This document shows positions 8,495 through 17,932 of a stretch of 64,000 nt of DNA, piece by piece (the first letter of the stretch is position 1; each line of letters starts with the position of its first letter). The translations under genes and the position numbers were made by a program. Source of the DNA: Patescibacteria group bacterium (GTDB lineage: Bacteria; Patescibacteriota; Microgenomatia; UBA1400; PJMF01); contig JBDTME010000001.1 of the NCBI GenBank assembly GCA_039934415.1, forward strand, positions 137,417-201,416, written 5' to 3'. The notes beneath the pieces are model-generated. The model did no database searches, had not been told where the DNA came from, and saw only the letters and a list, made by a program, of their open reading frames with translations.

Positions 8495-10333
8495 TTATTG
8501 TTTTGGTTTTGGTAATACCGCAGTCTCAACTTTTGAACCTGGTAACTGTGGCCGCATCTTACCTTCTGCTAACTCTCTAGCAAAATAAGAGATGACGAAT
8601 CCACTAAGAGCCCAGTATGTAAAGGCAATTTTGGATGAGGCATAGACGTCAATGTAAACAGCATTCACCAGTAAAGCCACACTTCCTGTTACAAAACCGA
8701 TGGCTACTGCTTTGGCAAAAGATGAAGCTGAACTCAGTAATATCTTACCACTCAAAAACATTCCTATGACAATCGTGCCATAAAAAGTGATAACACCTAG
8801 CAGTCCTGTTTCACCTAGTGTCCTGAGAAAATTATTATCAGTACTTTCGGCCTCTGTAAAATCATCGACGTTGGCTTTAGTTAATGTTGCATAACCAGAG
8901 CCAAGTAGTGGGTTACTTTGGAAGCCGCGTATAGCTTGCGGCCAAAGTGTGTCTAGTCGAATCGCCATAGAAAGACCATACTTGAGTGCATTTTCAGAAT
9001 AGACTCGATCTCTAGTAAAAGACGAAGTTGTAGCGACTCCACTTGCACTCACGGTGGTTACAAAGACTGTATCTGGTACTTGAACATAGACGTCGGACGG
9101 TTGTTGAGTTGTAGGGCGTTCATCTGACGGAACGAGCACGTGCGTATTTTCCTGATCTTCTGCAGTAACAGCATGGCCGTTTTCTGGTGGTTTTACGTCT
9201 GGAAGTTTTGGTGTGTATTTTTGAATGATCGCGCTGAAATTCCCTTGCAACAAACTTTTACGACTCTCGTTCAAGCTGTCGTATGTATCCATTAATGCCG
9301 GATGAGGTTGAAGGATTTGTAAGAATCGCTCAAAAATAGAGTCACCAAATGTGAAAAACATGTATAAGATCATGAACGCAGTCAAAGATCCACGACTAAA
9401 TCCCCACCAAAGTTTCCTTTTCCAAGTAGATTGTTGAGCGACAAACAGTGCAATGAGCAGCATTGCGCCTACCACAAAGCCAGCAAACGAAGCTCTGGAA
9501 GCACTCATGATGAGTAGCCACAGTCCGGCTGTGTACGAGATGAAAAGTGGCACTTTCCATCGCCACTTCTTGGTAGCAAAGAAAATAGCAAGTAACATTG
9601 GCAAGGCAACAGCTAAATAACCGGCCATGTCATAGTGACCACCAAATGTAGATTGAACACGTGCATGTTCTGTTAGATACAGACGTTGTCCCTTACTAAA
9701 CTCACGGTTCATTGTGGAATACAGTGGCCAATAAAAAAACTTTTGGCCGTAACCATACATGGAAATAAGTACCACTGTGGTTGCAAAAATGGCTAGCATC
9801 CAAGTGAAATCTTTTTTTGTTTTGACGGCAGAATAAGCGACAAAGAAGAGTGAGAAATATTCTAAATATCTAAAATAATGCAAAAGAGTTTTTCCTACAT
9901 GAAGCGGTTGTAGAGGAATAGTTTTAGTAATATAGACTGCAGAGATGGTGGATAAGATTCCTACGATTGAATAGGCCAATATTATCCAAGTAAACGGTGT
10001 TTTCCATTGAGCTTTTTTTCGCAGGATTTGTATACCGTAGATCACTATGGTTGCCGCTACAAACAGATCCTCTAGTCTGAGTCGAACAATATAACCTGGG
10101 ATAATATCAGCGAGTGGTAGTTTGGGATAAAGCGGGATGAAAGCAAACAGGAAAGCAGATAGGATCAAAAGAATGTGATTGTCCAACCAATGCAACACTC
10201 GTACAAATCTTGAAGATTTTTTTTCACTGATTGGTAAAGATTTACTCATTGATGTACTTTCAATGCGATCAATTTTTACTAGTGGTTGAGAGCCGATTAA
10301 AGGCTTCTTGGTAGATTTTTTTCTTTTCTGCAT
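8495..10333 (-). CDS. O-antigen ligase / Wzy_C-domain membrane protein (WaaL/PglL-like)
   Basis: 612 aa, about 10 N-terminal TMs. A roughly 170-aa Pro/Thr/Ser-rich extracytoplasmic loop is followed by 'NPLLGSGYATL...ESTDNNFLRTLGETGLLG', resembling the Wzy_C 'HNSYLqvlaElGiiG' block, with D where ligases have the catalytic His; more TMs follow. A probable true start is the internal Met (MSKSLPIS...) at about 10249, which removes the overlap with the upstream GT2. Confidence 0.5.
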   Translation of the reverse strand: MQKRKKSTKKPLIGSQPLVKIDRIESTSMSKSLPISEKKSSRFVRVLHWLDNHILLILSAFLFAFIPLYPKLPLADIIPGYIVRLRLEDLFVAATIVIYGIQILRKKAQWKTPFTWIILAYSIVGILSTISAVYITKTIPLQPLHVGKTLLHYFRYLEYFSLFFVAYSAVKTKKDFTWMLAIFATTVVLISMYGYGQKFFYWPLYSTMNREFSKGQRLYLTEHARVQSTFGGHYDMAGYLAVALPMLLAIFFATKKWRWKVPLFISYTAGLWLLIMSASRASFAGFVVGAMLLIALFVAQQSTWKRKLWWGFSRGSLTAFMILYMFFTFGDSIFERFLQILQPHPALMDTYDSLNESRKSLLQGNFSAIIQKYTPKLPDVKPPENGHAVTAEDQENTHVLVPSDERPTTQQPSDVYVQVPDTVFVTTVSASGVATTSSFTRDRVYSENALKYGLSMAIRLDTLWPQAIRGFQSNPLLGSGYATLTKANVDDFTEAESTDNNFLRTLGETGLLGVITFYGTIVIGMFLSGKILLSSASSFAKAVAIGFVTGSVALLVNAVYIDVYASSKIAFTYWALSGFVISYFARELAEGKMRPQLPGSKVETAVLPKPKQ

Positions 10334-11246
10334 GTCGCAGTATTATACCAAAAAGGACGATCCGAAGTAAGCAGCCAAGCCTCAGGATCTTTCTAGTCAA
10401 TTTAGCCTTCCAGGCAGGAAAATGCTTTTGGGCCAGATGATTCAAGCCAATCAATTCACCGAGTGTCGCTCGAGCGGGAGAACTGCTTGCGGATCCAAAA
10501 TGAGTAATTTCCGTACTCGGAGTATATACTATATCCCAGTGATGATGACGTGCCCTTAAGCAGTACTCGACATCCTCTGAGTACATGAAAATGCCTTCAT
10601 CGAGTAAGCCTATCTGATTAATGACTTCACGTCTAATCATCATTGCTGTTCCGCCTAACCATCCAATCGCCTGTTCAGTGTCAAAGAATGCATCATGTTC
10701 AATGTGGTAGCTCCATCGTGAAGGAAAAATGGCTAAACTTGCTGGCAAAGGTAATAACCACCATAGGATTATTGTCCAAAGATTTGGGAGTGCGCCTCCT
10801 TGTTTTTGAAGTGTGCCATCGAGATTAAGTAACTTGCAACTGATGATGCCAACTTTGTCGAGTGAATTATTTTGAGCTTGTTCGGCTGTGTTTTTATCTG
10901 GATAGCGTGTGAAGACGTTTAGCAACTCTCTGATTGCGTGCGGATGAACCGTTGTGTCAGAGTTCAATAAAAAAATGTATGTCCCTTTAGATCTACGTAT
11001 TCCGATATTATTTGCTTGAGCGAAACCTAGATTATCAGAGTTCGCAATAAGCGTAATGTGTTCGTGGAAGAGTTTTTTTAATTGATGAATTGAAGTATCC
11101 GTCGAATGATTATCAATGACAATCAGTTCACCATCGATGTTAGAGTGAATATACTCATCAAGTACAGACTGAACAGCTTGGCAAGTCAAATCTGCAGTGT
11201 TATAGGAAACAATAATAGTGGAAATGAGTGGAGCAGGACTTTTCAT
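10269..11246 (-). CDS. Family 2 glycosyltransferase (GT-A) with C-terminal amphipathic/TM tail
   Basis: 'IIVSYNTADLT...IVIDNHSTDTS...IFLLNSDT' are classic GT2 motifs (N-terminal beta-strand and DxD-type 'LNSDT'). Hydrophobic C-terminus as in polyprenyl-phosphate sugar synthases. Confidence 0.65.
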   Translation of the reverse strand: MKSPAPLISTIIVSYNTADLTCQAVQSVLDEYIHSNIDGELIVIDNHSTDTSIHQLKKLFHEHITLIANSDNLGFAQANNIGIRRSKGTYIFLLNSDTTVHPHAIRELLNVFTRYPDKNTAEQAQNNSLDKVGIISCKLLNLDGTLQKQGGALPNLWTIILWWLLPLPASLAIFPSRWSYHIEHDAFFDTEQAIGWLGGTAMMIRREVINQIGLLDEGIFMYSEDVEYCLRARHHHWDIVYTPSTEITHFGSASSSPARATLGELIGLNHLAQKHFPAWKAKLTRKILRLGCLLRIVLFGIILRHAEKKKIYQEAFNRLSTTSKN

Positions 11247-11839
11247 TATTGGAACCAGCGGGCTCGCCCCAGTCTATAATTCAATTCTTTAGCTGTTCTT
11301 TTTTTCAGTTCCTTAGCTGGTACTCCACCAACGATACTCATTGTTGGAACGTCTTTAGTGACAACTGCCCCAGCTGCAATTATTGCGCCTCGCCCTATTG
11401 TGACTCCAGGTAAAATAATAGCTCGCGGACCAATGAAGACGTAGTCTTCAATAATAACCTTAGCTTCAATAGCATGAAAATCATTCGAGTTTACATCGTG
11501 CTGGCTTGTCCAGATCATCACTTCAGATGCAATGTCAACATGGTTGCCTATTTTTAATCCACCTTGCGAGTTTAGTAACTGCTTACGACCATCTAATGTT
11601 GCTTTCTCCCCTATGATCGTATCTTCACCAATGGAAATATGCCGTGGGTCGTAAATTCGTGCCATCATGTGAATTGTCGAGCCATGACCAATTCTCATGC
11701 CGAATAGTCGATAGAAAAACCGACGAATGTGATGAAAGGGAACAAAACCTACACCCCACCATAAAAATCCAGTGACGAACTCGAGAATGATCGTGTCTAT
11801 CCGGCGGTAAATTTTTTGATGGATTGGAAGTGTGCTCAT
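11246..11839 (-). CDS. Hexapeptide-repeat (LbH) sugar O/N-acetyltransferase
   Basis: 197 aa. Repeated [LIV]-G-x-x-x-x hexapeptides ('IGHGSTIHMMARIYDPRHISIGEDTIIGEKATL', 'IGPRAIILPGVTIGRGAIIAAGAVV'). N-terminal hydrophobic segment as in WcaF/PglD-like enzymes. Confidence 0.65.
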   Translation of the reverse strand: MSTLPIHQKIYRRIDTIILEFVTGFLWWGVGFVPFHHIRRFFYRLFGMRIGHGSTIHMMARIYDPRHISIGEDTIIGEKATLDGRKQLLNSQGGLKIGNHVDIASEVMIWTSQHDVNSNDFHAIEAKVIIEDYVFIGPRAIILPGVTIGRGAIIAAGAVVTKDVPTMSIVGGVPAKELKKRTAKELNYRLGRARWFQ

Positions 11840-11875
11840 AAGTGAAATTGGATATACACTTAGATTCTAGCACAC

Positions 11876-12883
11876 CTACTCATCCTCTTTTTTAGTGTAT
11901 TTCTTCCCAAGATGCTCGTAAGCGTGTCTAGTGACAACTCTCCCTCTTGGAGTTCGTTTTAAAAATCCAATTTGAATGAGATAAGGTTCTAAGACTTCCT
12001 CTATCGTAATAGTATCCTCACTCAAAGTTGCAGCGATGGTAGAAAGTCCAACAGGTCCCCCATTATGGCGAAGAATCAATTGTTCCAGTAGTCTTCGGTC
12101 AGAGTGGTCTAGACCATAGGTATCAATTGCAAACATGTCCAGGGCTTTACTTACTTCTGTTAAAGAGATTGCACCATCTGACATCATCTGAGCATAATCA
12201 CGAATACGTTTAAGTAATTTTAGAGCTATGCGAGGCGTGCCTCTTGAGCGTTGGCCAATTTCAAGTGCTGCTGCGTCGTCAATTTTAACATTTAACTTTT
12301 GAGCAGCTTTTAAAGCTATTGTCTTTAACTCTTCAGGCTTGTAGTACTCCAGCCGATGAATCAAGCCAAACCGATCCCGAAACGGTCCGGCTAATGCTCC
12401 AAATCGAGTCGTTGCTCCGACCAAAGTAAAGCGGGGCAAATCAAGTCGAACAGTTCTAGCTGAGGGACCTTTTCCTAAAATGATATCGAGAGCAAAATCT
12501 TCCATGGCTGGATACAATGTTTCTTCAACTGTTTTTGGAAGGCGATGAATCTCATCAATAAATAAAATGTCACCATCCTCCAAGTTAGTGAGAATTGCAG
12601 CGAGATCACCAGGTTTTGTTAGCGCAGTTCCTGATGTGATCCGAATGTTTTTATCCATTTCCTTTGCAATTAAATGGGACAACGTGGTTTTCCCCAATCC
12701 TGGTGGACCATAAAACAAAGTGTGATCCATAACTTCTTCTCTTTGTTTTGCAGCAGTCAAGGAAATTTGCAAAGATTTTTTGATAGTTTCCTGTCCCAAA
12801 AATTCATCCCAACTTTTAGCTCTCAGCGAGATAAGAAGGATTTCGTCTTCAGGTGTTGTAGATTCGAAAGGAGTATCTGTCAT
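11876..12883 (-). CDS. ruvB: Holliday junction branch-migration ATPase RuvB
   Basis: 335 aa. Walker A 'GPPGLGKTT', Walker B 'ILFIDEIHRL', sensor regions and a C-terminal winged helix. Overlaps ruvA by 4 nt. Confidence 0.9.
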   Translation of the reverse strand: MTDTPFESTTPEDEILLISLRAKSWDEFLGQETIKKSLQISLTAAKQREEVMDHTLFYGPPGLGKTTLSHLIAKEMDKNIRITSGTALTKPGDLAAILTNLEDGDILFIDEIHRLPKTVEETLYPAMEDFALDIILGKGPSARTVRLDLPRFTLVGATTRFGALAGPFRDRFGLIHRLEYYKPEELKTIALKAAQKLNVKIDDAAALEIGQRSRGTPRIALKLLKRIRDYAQMMSDGAISLTEVSKALDMFAIDTYGLDHSDRRLLEQLILRHNGGPVGLSTIAATLSEDTITIEEVLEPYLIQIGFLKRTPRGRVVTRHAYEHLGKKYTKKEDE

Positions 12884-13446
12884 TTCGATAACTGTTTTAT
12901 GGCTAATTTAATCACTGATTGGATGCTCATTGCATCATAGTCTATATGTTGCAAAGCCCTGTAAATCTCATCTGTGCCATAACCAAAGTTTTCCAAAGCA
13001 GCTACAACGTCTGCGTATTGTTGAGATTCTGGTTTGAGATCCAACTCTTTGAGGGTGCCTAATTTGGAACGCAGATCAATAATGATTTTCTGTGCTAGCT
13101 TTTTGCCTACTCTTGGAATTTGAGTAAAAAAACCAATATCAGCCTGTTGTACTGCTTGAGTAATTGGCTCCACTCCCCGGTCAGCTATATGCAGCGCTGA
13201 CTTTGGGCCGATTCCGGAAACACTCAATAAGTACTCAAATAATACTTGGTCAGAGGGTGACAAAAAGCCGTAGAAAGAAATTTCATCTTCTCTGACGTGT
13301 GTGTGTATACATAATTCTACTGTTGGTTTATGTAACAGCTGACTGAGTGTGGATGTACCAACATTGACGGCATATCCGACGCCAGCAACGTCAATAATAA
13401 GTTGTTTTCCTAGTAATTTGGGAATACCTCGTAAGCTACCAATCAT
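12880..13446 (-). CDS. ruvA: Holliday junction DNA helicase subunit RuvA
   Basis: 188 aa. 'MIGSLRGI' N-terminus typical of RuvA. Helix-hairpin-helix 'GIGPKSAL'. Lies between ruvC and ruvB. Confidence 0.8.
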   Translation of the reverse strand: MIGSLRGIPKLLGKQLIIDVAGVGYAVNVGTSTLSQLLHKPTVELCIHTHVREDEISFYGFLSPSDQVLFEYLLSVSGIGPKSALHIADRGVEPITQAVQQADIGFFTQIPRVGKKLAQKIIIDLRSKLGTLKELDLKPESQQYADVVAALENFGYGTDEIYRALQHIDYDAMSIQSVIKLAIKQLSK

Positions 13447-13503
13447 AGTTCGGTCTTTATTCGTTTTTTTAACTATACAAGCTAACCTTCATCTCGTGAA
13501 GCT

Positions 13504-14004
13504 CTAGATATTATTTGCTTTTTTTGTCTTTTTACAAACTTGATGTGTCAATCCTATCGCGAGTGCGTCCAAAGTATCATCAAGCAATTTCTCACTCGCA
13601 GGGATTTTCAACTGTAATCGAACCATTTTTTCAATTGCTTTTTTATCAGCCTTGCCATTACCAGTGGCTGCCTGTTTTACTTCAATTGGAGAGTACTCAA
13701 AAATTTTCATGCTATGTTGTAAGCATAAGCCTGTGATTGCACCACGAACTTCAGCTACTCTCATCGCGGTTTTGACGTTTTTAGAAAAAAACAGAGTTTC
13801 AATTGCTAAATCAGTCGGTTGATAGAGTTGAATCATTTTCTCTAGAAATGATATGACTTGAGAAAGCCTTTGAAAGAAAGTTTCATTTTTGTTTGTTTCT
13901 ATGCTCCCGTATTGAAAGCTAGCCTGATCTAATTTGCCAATGACTACCGCCCAACCACAACGATCATAACCTGGATCGATAGCAAGAATTGTAGGAGTAC
14001 TCAT
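13504..14004 (-). CDS. ruvC: Crossover junction endodeoxyribonuclease RuvC
   Basis: 166 aa. 'ILAIDPGYDRCGWAV' is the RNase-H-like N-terminal catalytic Asp motif of RuvC. Gene order is ruvC-ruvA-ruvB. Confidence 0.8.
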   Translation of the reverse strand: MSTPTILAIDPGYDRCGWAVVIGKLDQASFQYGSIETNKNETFFQRLSQVISFLEKMIQLYQPTDLAIETLFFSKNVKTAMRVAEVRGAITGLCLQHSMKIFEYSPIEVKQAATGNGKADKKAIEKMVRLQLKIPASEKLLDDTLDALAIGLTHQVCKKTKKANNI

Positions 14005-15209
14005 TTGTTAAGAGTAGTAAAAATGTCTAACAACTTTTTTGCACTCAGTTCCCATGTGAATTTTTTGAGTTGATTGTCTGCTCGTTTCTCAAATTCCTTA
14101 CGTTCTTTCTGATTCAAATTCAGAGCTTTGTCGATTCCTTTCATGACATGAATAGAATTGTAGGGATTTACCAATACCCCAGCTTCACCAACAACTTCTG
14201 GCAAGCTAGTAGTTTCTGAAACTACAGGTACAACGTGGAATAACAATGATTCCAGTGCAGGCATTCCAAACCCTTCATGGATCCCAATCAATATTGAACA
14301 AAGAGCATGGGTGTACAGTATAGTTTTTTCCTCTTCATCTACATAACCTGTTAAAATAATATCTGACTTGCATACACTTTTTTTAATTCTATTTAAAATA
14401 GGTTCGGCTAGCCAGCCAGTTTTTCCAGCTATAACGAGTTTTAAGTCTCTCAGCGGATGATTGATCCTTTGATTTTTTCTTTTCTTTCTTTTTCCACTAG
14501 TAGTAAGTTGTTTGACTTCACTTTGATATTTCAGTTTTAAATGCTCAAAAGCCTCAACGAGTTGAACAATGTTTTTTCGTGGTTGTAATGTTCCCACGTA
14601 TAAAATATATGGTGCGTCGATTTTAAATTTATGAAATACCGTCTGACGCATATTTTGATTTTCTCGATGAGAAATTTGTGCATTCATCGCAGGATAAATA
14701 ACGGAAATTTTTTCCGGTTGTATTTTGTATTGTTTCTGCAAATCTTGTTTTGTGTACTCGCTAATGGCCACAATACGTTTTGCTTTCTGAACTGAGTACT
14801 TAGTCCATAGCTTGAGTTGCCAGTAGTCTTTCAGTTTGAATTGGCGAGGAAAATGAAGAAATCCTAGATCCATAACGCAGGAAACATACGGAATTGGGCA
14901 TAATCGAGGAGCGTAGTGTCCTGGTGTGAAAAACAGATCGAGTTCTTTTCGCATCTTAAATAATGCTAGAGGTAATCCCCATTGTGTAGCGAAGGCTTTT
15001 GGTTTGATCCAATGATAGGTCCAGCCAGTGCGCTCTTCCGGCATACCTTGTACTGGCTTGTTTGTCAGAAAGATCGTAAATATAAAATCGGCGTTATTTC
15101 GTGTTTGCTCCTCAATCTGTTTCATCAATTCAAAAGCATACACGTTGCTACCAACTCGGTTGTCTACATTAGCCTCATTGCCATCAATGCCTATCCGGAA
15201 ATTACTCAT
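14001..15209 (-). CDS. Family 4 glycosyltransferase (GT-B)
   Basis: 402 aa. C-terminal Glycos_transf_1-like 'YILYVGTLQPRKN...EGFGMPALES' with the E-x7-E motif. Confidence 0.65.
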   Translation of the reverse strand: MSNFRIGIDGNEANVDNRVGSNVYAFELMKQIEEQTRNNADFIFTIFLTNKPVQGMPEERTGWTYHWIKPKAFATQWGLPLALFKMRKELDLFFTPGHYAPRLCPIPYVSCVMDLGFLHFPRQFKLKDYWQLKLWTKYSVQKAKRIVAISEYTKQDLQKQYKIQPEKISVIYPAMNAQISHRENQNMRQTVFHKFKIDAPYILYVGTLQPRKNIVQLVEAFEHLKLKYQSEVKQLTTSGKRKKRKNQRINHPLRDLKLVIAGKTGWLAEPILNRIKKSVCKSDIILTGYVDEEEKTILYTHALCSILIGIHEGFGMPALESLLFHVVPVVSETTSLPEVVGEAGVLVNPYNSIHVMKGIDKALNLNQKERKEFEKRADNQLKKFTWELSAKKLLDIFTTLNK

Positions 15210-16432
15210 ATGGTCGCCCTCTCTTCCACTGCTCTGCGATACACTTTAATGGTTTTTTCGGCGGTCGTATCCCAGTTGAATAGTTGAAGTTGCAATTTCA
15301 TAGCTTGTCTACGATGTTCTCGTTCACTGCTATCTTCATTCAATAACTGCTCTAAACCGGTTCGGATACTTTCCACTTCTAGTGGATCGATCAGTTTTGC
15401 AGCTATGCCGCTAATTTCAGACATAGCAGAATTTTGCGAAGTAAGTACCGGTGTCCGATACGAAAACGCTTCTAGAATTGGTAAACCAAAACCTTCATAT
15501 AGTGAAGGATATGCAAAAACTTTAGCATTCTTAAATAAAGTGGTGAGAGTCTTATTTCCAACTCCTCCAAGCAAATGCAGACCTTCTGTCTCTGGATCAA
15601 TTTCTACACCCCACTGCGTCTTGCCTGCAATAACAAGGTCGTACTCTTTTTGGAAAGGTCTCCAGGCTTCAACTAAACGCTCAACATTCTTTCGAGGTTC
15701 GAGCGAGCCCACGAATAAAATAAATGGTTTTGATATGTTAACTTTTTTTAATAAGGCATCTTGTTCTTCTCTTGATAACGAGAGCTGATGTTCAGCTGGT
15801 AACGCTTCATAAACGAGGTGAACTTTCTCTGGTTTGAATCCTAATAGTTCAATGACATCTTTTTTAGTGGCATGACTGACAGCGATAACATGGGAATCAG
15901 TTTGCTTTAGTCTTTTCCAAGCAGCTTGATGTTTTGATAAGGTACTAGGATGTGCTGTCTCAGGAAATTTCAAAATAGCTAGGTCGTGAATGGTTGCTAC
16001 GATTGGAACCGTACTGGCTGGTGGTATTAATTCTTCCCATGCATGGTAGACATCGGTTTTTTCAATGATTGATTCAATTGGTGGCCAGCTGAGTTGATAC
16101 CAAAGTGTGGGCCAAATACTTGGAGGGAGCGGTAATACTTTTGAGTTACTTAACTTCTTATGCTCTTCAATAAATTTTCGAAGCATAGGCTGCTGGCGTA
16201 GCGAACTACCAAATGCGCTAATTTTAACGTCATTTTGTCTAAGTAATGCACTCACCAAATTTGTCGTATAAAAGGAGACGCCTCGTTTGTAGACAATAGG
16301 TGAGATATCAATCGTGATGTTGAGTGTTGTCGGCAAAACTGCCACCTTTCGTGAAAACTCGGACAAACCCAAGATTGGGTTCGTCAAAGAGCTGACCTGG
16401 TTGGTAATTATATTGTAGTAAATACTGTTCAA
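15206..16432 (-). CDS. Family 4 glycosyltransferase (GT-B)
   Basis: 408 aa. 'FILFVGSLEPRKN...EGFGLPILEA' (E-x7-E). The N-terminal 'LNITIDISP' is typical of GT4 starts, so the true start is probably a TTG/near-cognate codon around 16334; the listed ATG overlaps the upstream gene by 125 nt. Confidence 0.65.
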   Translation of the reverse strand: MNSIYYNIITNQVSSLTNPILGLSEFSRKVAVLPTTLNITIDISPIVYKRGVSFYTTNLVSALLRQNDVKISAFGSSLRQQPMLRKFIEEHKKLSNSKVLPLPPSIWPTLWYQLSWPPIESIIEKTDVYHAWEELIPPASTVPIVATIHDLAILKFPETAHPSTLSKHQAAWKRLKQTDSHVIAVSHATKKDVIELLGFKPEKVHLVYEALPAEHQLSLSREEQDALLKKVNISKPFILFVGSLEPRKNVERLVEAWRPFQKEYDLVIAGKTQWGVEIDPETEGLHLLGGVGNKTLTTLFKNAKVFAYPSLYEGFGLPILEAFSYRTPVLTSQNSAMSEISGIAAKLIDPLEVESIRTGLEQLLNEDSSEREHRRQAMKLQLQLFNWDTTAEKTIKVYRRAVEERATI

Positions 16433-17831
16433 TGTAATGATTTGGATCAGTCAGGTCAGTTAAATAATCAAAAACGATCACGTTCTGATAATCCAGTGCT
16501 CGAACCATATTCGGTTCAACCTGAGAGAACTCTGTTTTAGTTGTGGTACCCACATTAATCGTCGAAAATGGTTGATGGGTATACCAGTCCCAAGGTGAAA
16601 AAGGATGATCAAAACCGAACACAATGACTGTGTTTGTTGAAGAAAACTGACCATCAATAGTTCTGATTACAGTTCTCCAATCTTCCCTATGGTATTGTGG
16701 ATCCATGAAATATGAAAAAGTCCCAAAGAGATGAGTAGCCACTAATATGCTCAGCAAGCCAACAGCGGCAAGCTTAGTCCTTTTCCATTCCCAACCATAC
16801 ACCACCATAGTAGCGAGTAACAGTTCCATTGCTGGTAAAGCGAATAAGACTCTTTTAGGTTGCAGTACTGGCAAGAAGAAAGAAAAAATCCAAATTGAAA
16901 ATACTGGAAGAACGAACCAGCACCCGACGACTAAACTGGTGGTCATGCCAATTCGTTTACGTAAACTCCATAGTAGAAATAGTAATGTAATAATGAAAAT
17001 GAGACTAATCGAGATAAAAACTATGTTGGTTTCCAAGTTTATTACTCCAAATAAAAACTTTCCAAAAACAAGTTGTAATGCCTTGAGCTGAGGGGTACTG
17101 ACCACCATTTCCCATGTTGGTGTTTGAGTGCGCAGATGAGCACTCACTTGCAGTTGTTCTTTGAGGAAAGGTAACCATGGCAAGAAGGCGATTGTAGTGA
17201 TAACACCTGAAATTACTGCTTGTCTGACATGAACCACATTTCGACGTGTGCATAAAAACAAAAGCTGACCGATGAGTGCAAAAGGATAAAGATAAGTTGA
17301 GTACAAGCCTGCAATACTAGTGAAAATAAACAGGATGAGGAGCTTTGGTTTTATAATTGAGTGTTCACTCATATACAAGACTAGTAACCAGCCCAAAGCA
17401 GCCCAAAGTCCTGTTAATGCATAGGGCCGAAGCTCTTGCGAATAAAATAGATGAAAAGGGTTAAAAGATAACAGCAATGCCGTCAAAATAGCTATTTTTT
17501 GGTTTGTCAGCTTCTTTGCTATCAAGTAGGTCACCCAAATCATTACAAGTCCATCTGAAAGTGGACTAAGTCGGAGCCACCATTCTGAATGACTAACTAC
17601 CGTCATGAAATGAGTAATTAGGTGCATTAGAGGTGGTTGAAAATCTTCTTTGATCATGAGCTGCTGAGACAGAGGTCGTGCACTCTCAATTGCTTGTGCT
17701 GCCTCATCAAGCCAGAAGGAACCATTGAGCAAGGGAATTCTGAGGAGGAATGCTAAGATCAAAATTGGCCATATAAACCAACTTTTTGAGCTATTCTCCA
17801 GGCTAAAACTAAGTTTCGGATTTTTTTTCAC
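16308..17831 (-). CDS. GT-C fold membrane glycosyltransferase (PMT_2/ArnT-like)
   Basis: 507 aa, polytopic. First loop 'SFWLDEAAQAIESAR' carries a DE motif like the PMT/ArnT catalytic loop. Soluble C-terminal domain. Confidence 0.5.
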   Translation of the reverse strand: MKKNPKLSFSLENSSKSWFIWPILILAFLLRIPLLNGSFWLDEAAQAIESARPLSQQLMIKEDFQPPLMHLITHFMTVVSHSEWWLRLSPLSDGLVMIWVTYLIAKKLTNQKIAILTALLLSFNPFHLFYSQELRPYALTGLWAALGWLLVLYMSEHSIIKPKLLILFIFTSIAGLYSTYLYPFALIGQLLFLCTRRNVVHVRQAVISGVITTIAFLPWLPFLKEQLQVSAHLRTQTPTWEMVVSTPQLKALQLVFGKFLFGVINLETNIVFISISLIFIITLLFLLWSLRKRIGMTTSLVVGCWFVLPVFSIWIFSFFLPVLQPKRVLFALPAMELLLATMVVYGWEWKRTKLAAVGLLSILVATHLFGTFSYFMDPQYHREDWRTVIRTIDGQFSSTNTVIVFGFDHPFSPWDWYTHQPFSTINVGTTTKTEFSQVEPNMVRALDYQNVIVFDYLTDLTDPNHYIEQYLLQYNYQPGQLFDEPNLGFVRVFTKGGSFADNTQHHD

Positions 17832-17916
17832 AGATATTCAATAGTATACCTGTAAAACTGCATCAGCCCAACTCTGGCTTATTTTCTTCATCAGTTTCCC
17901 TATAAATATGTCTTTG

Positions 17917-17925
17917 TGGTATAAT
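17917..17925 (+). promoter_or_regulatory. Extended -10 element TGGTATAAT, 7 nt upstream of ATG (candidate leaderless promoter)
   Basis: 'tctttgTGgTATAATcccgatcATG': the TG-n-TATAAT consensus ends 7 nt before the start codon at 17933. No Shine-Dalgarno is possible. Confidence 0.4.
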
Positions 17926-17932
17926 CCCGATC

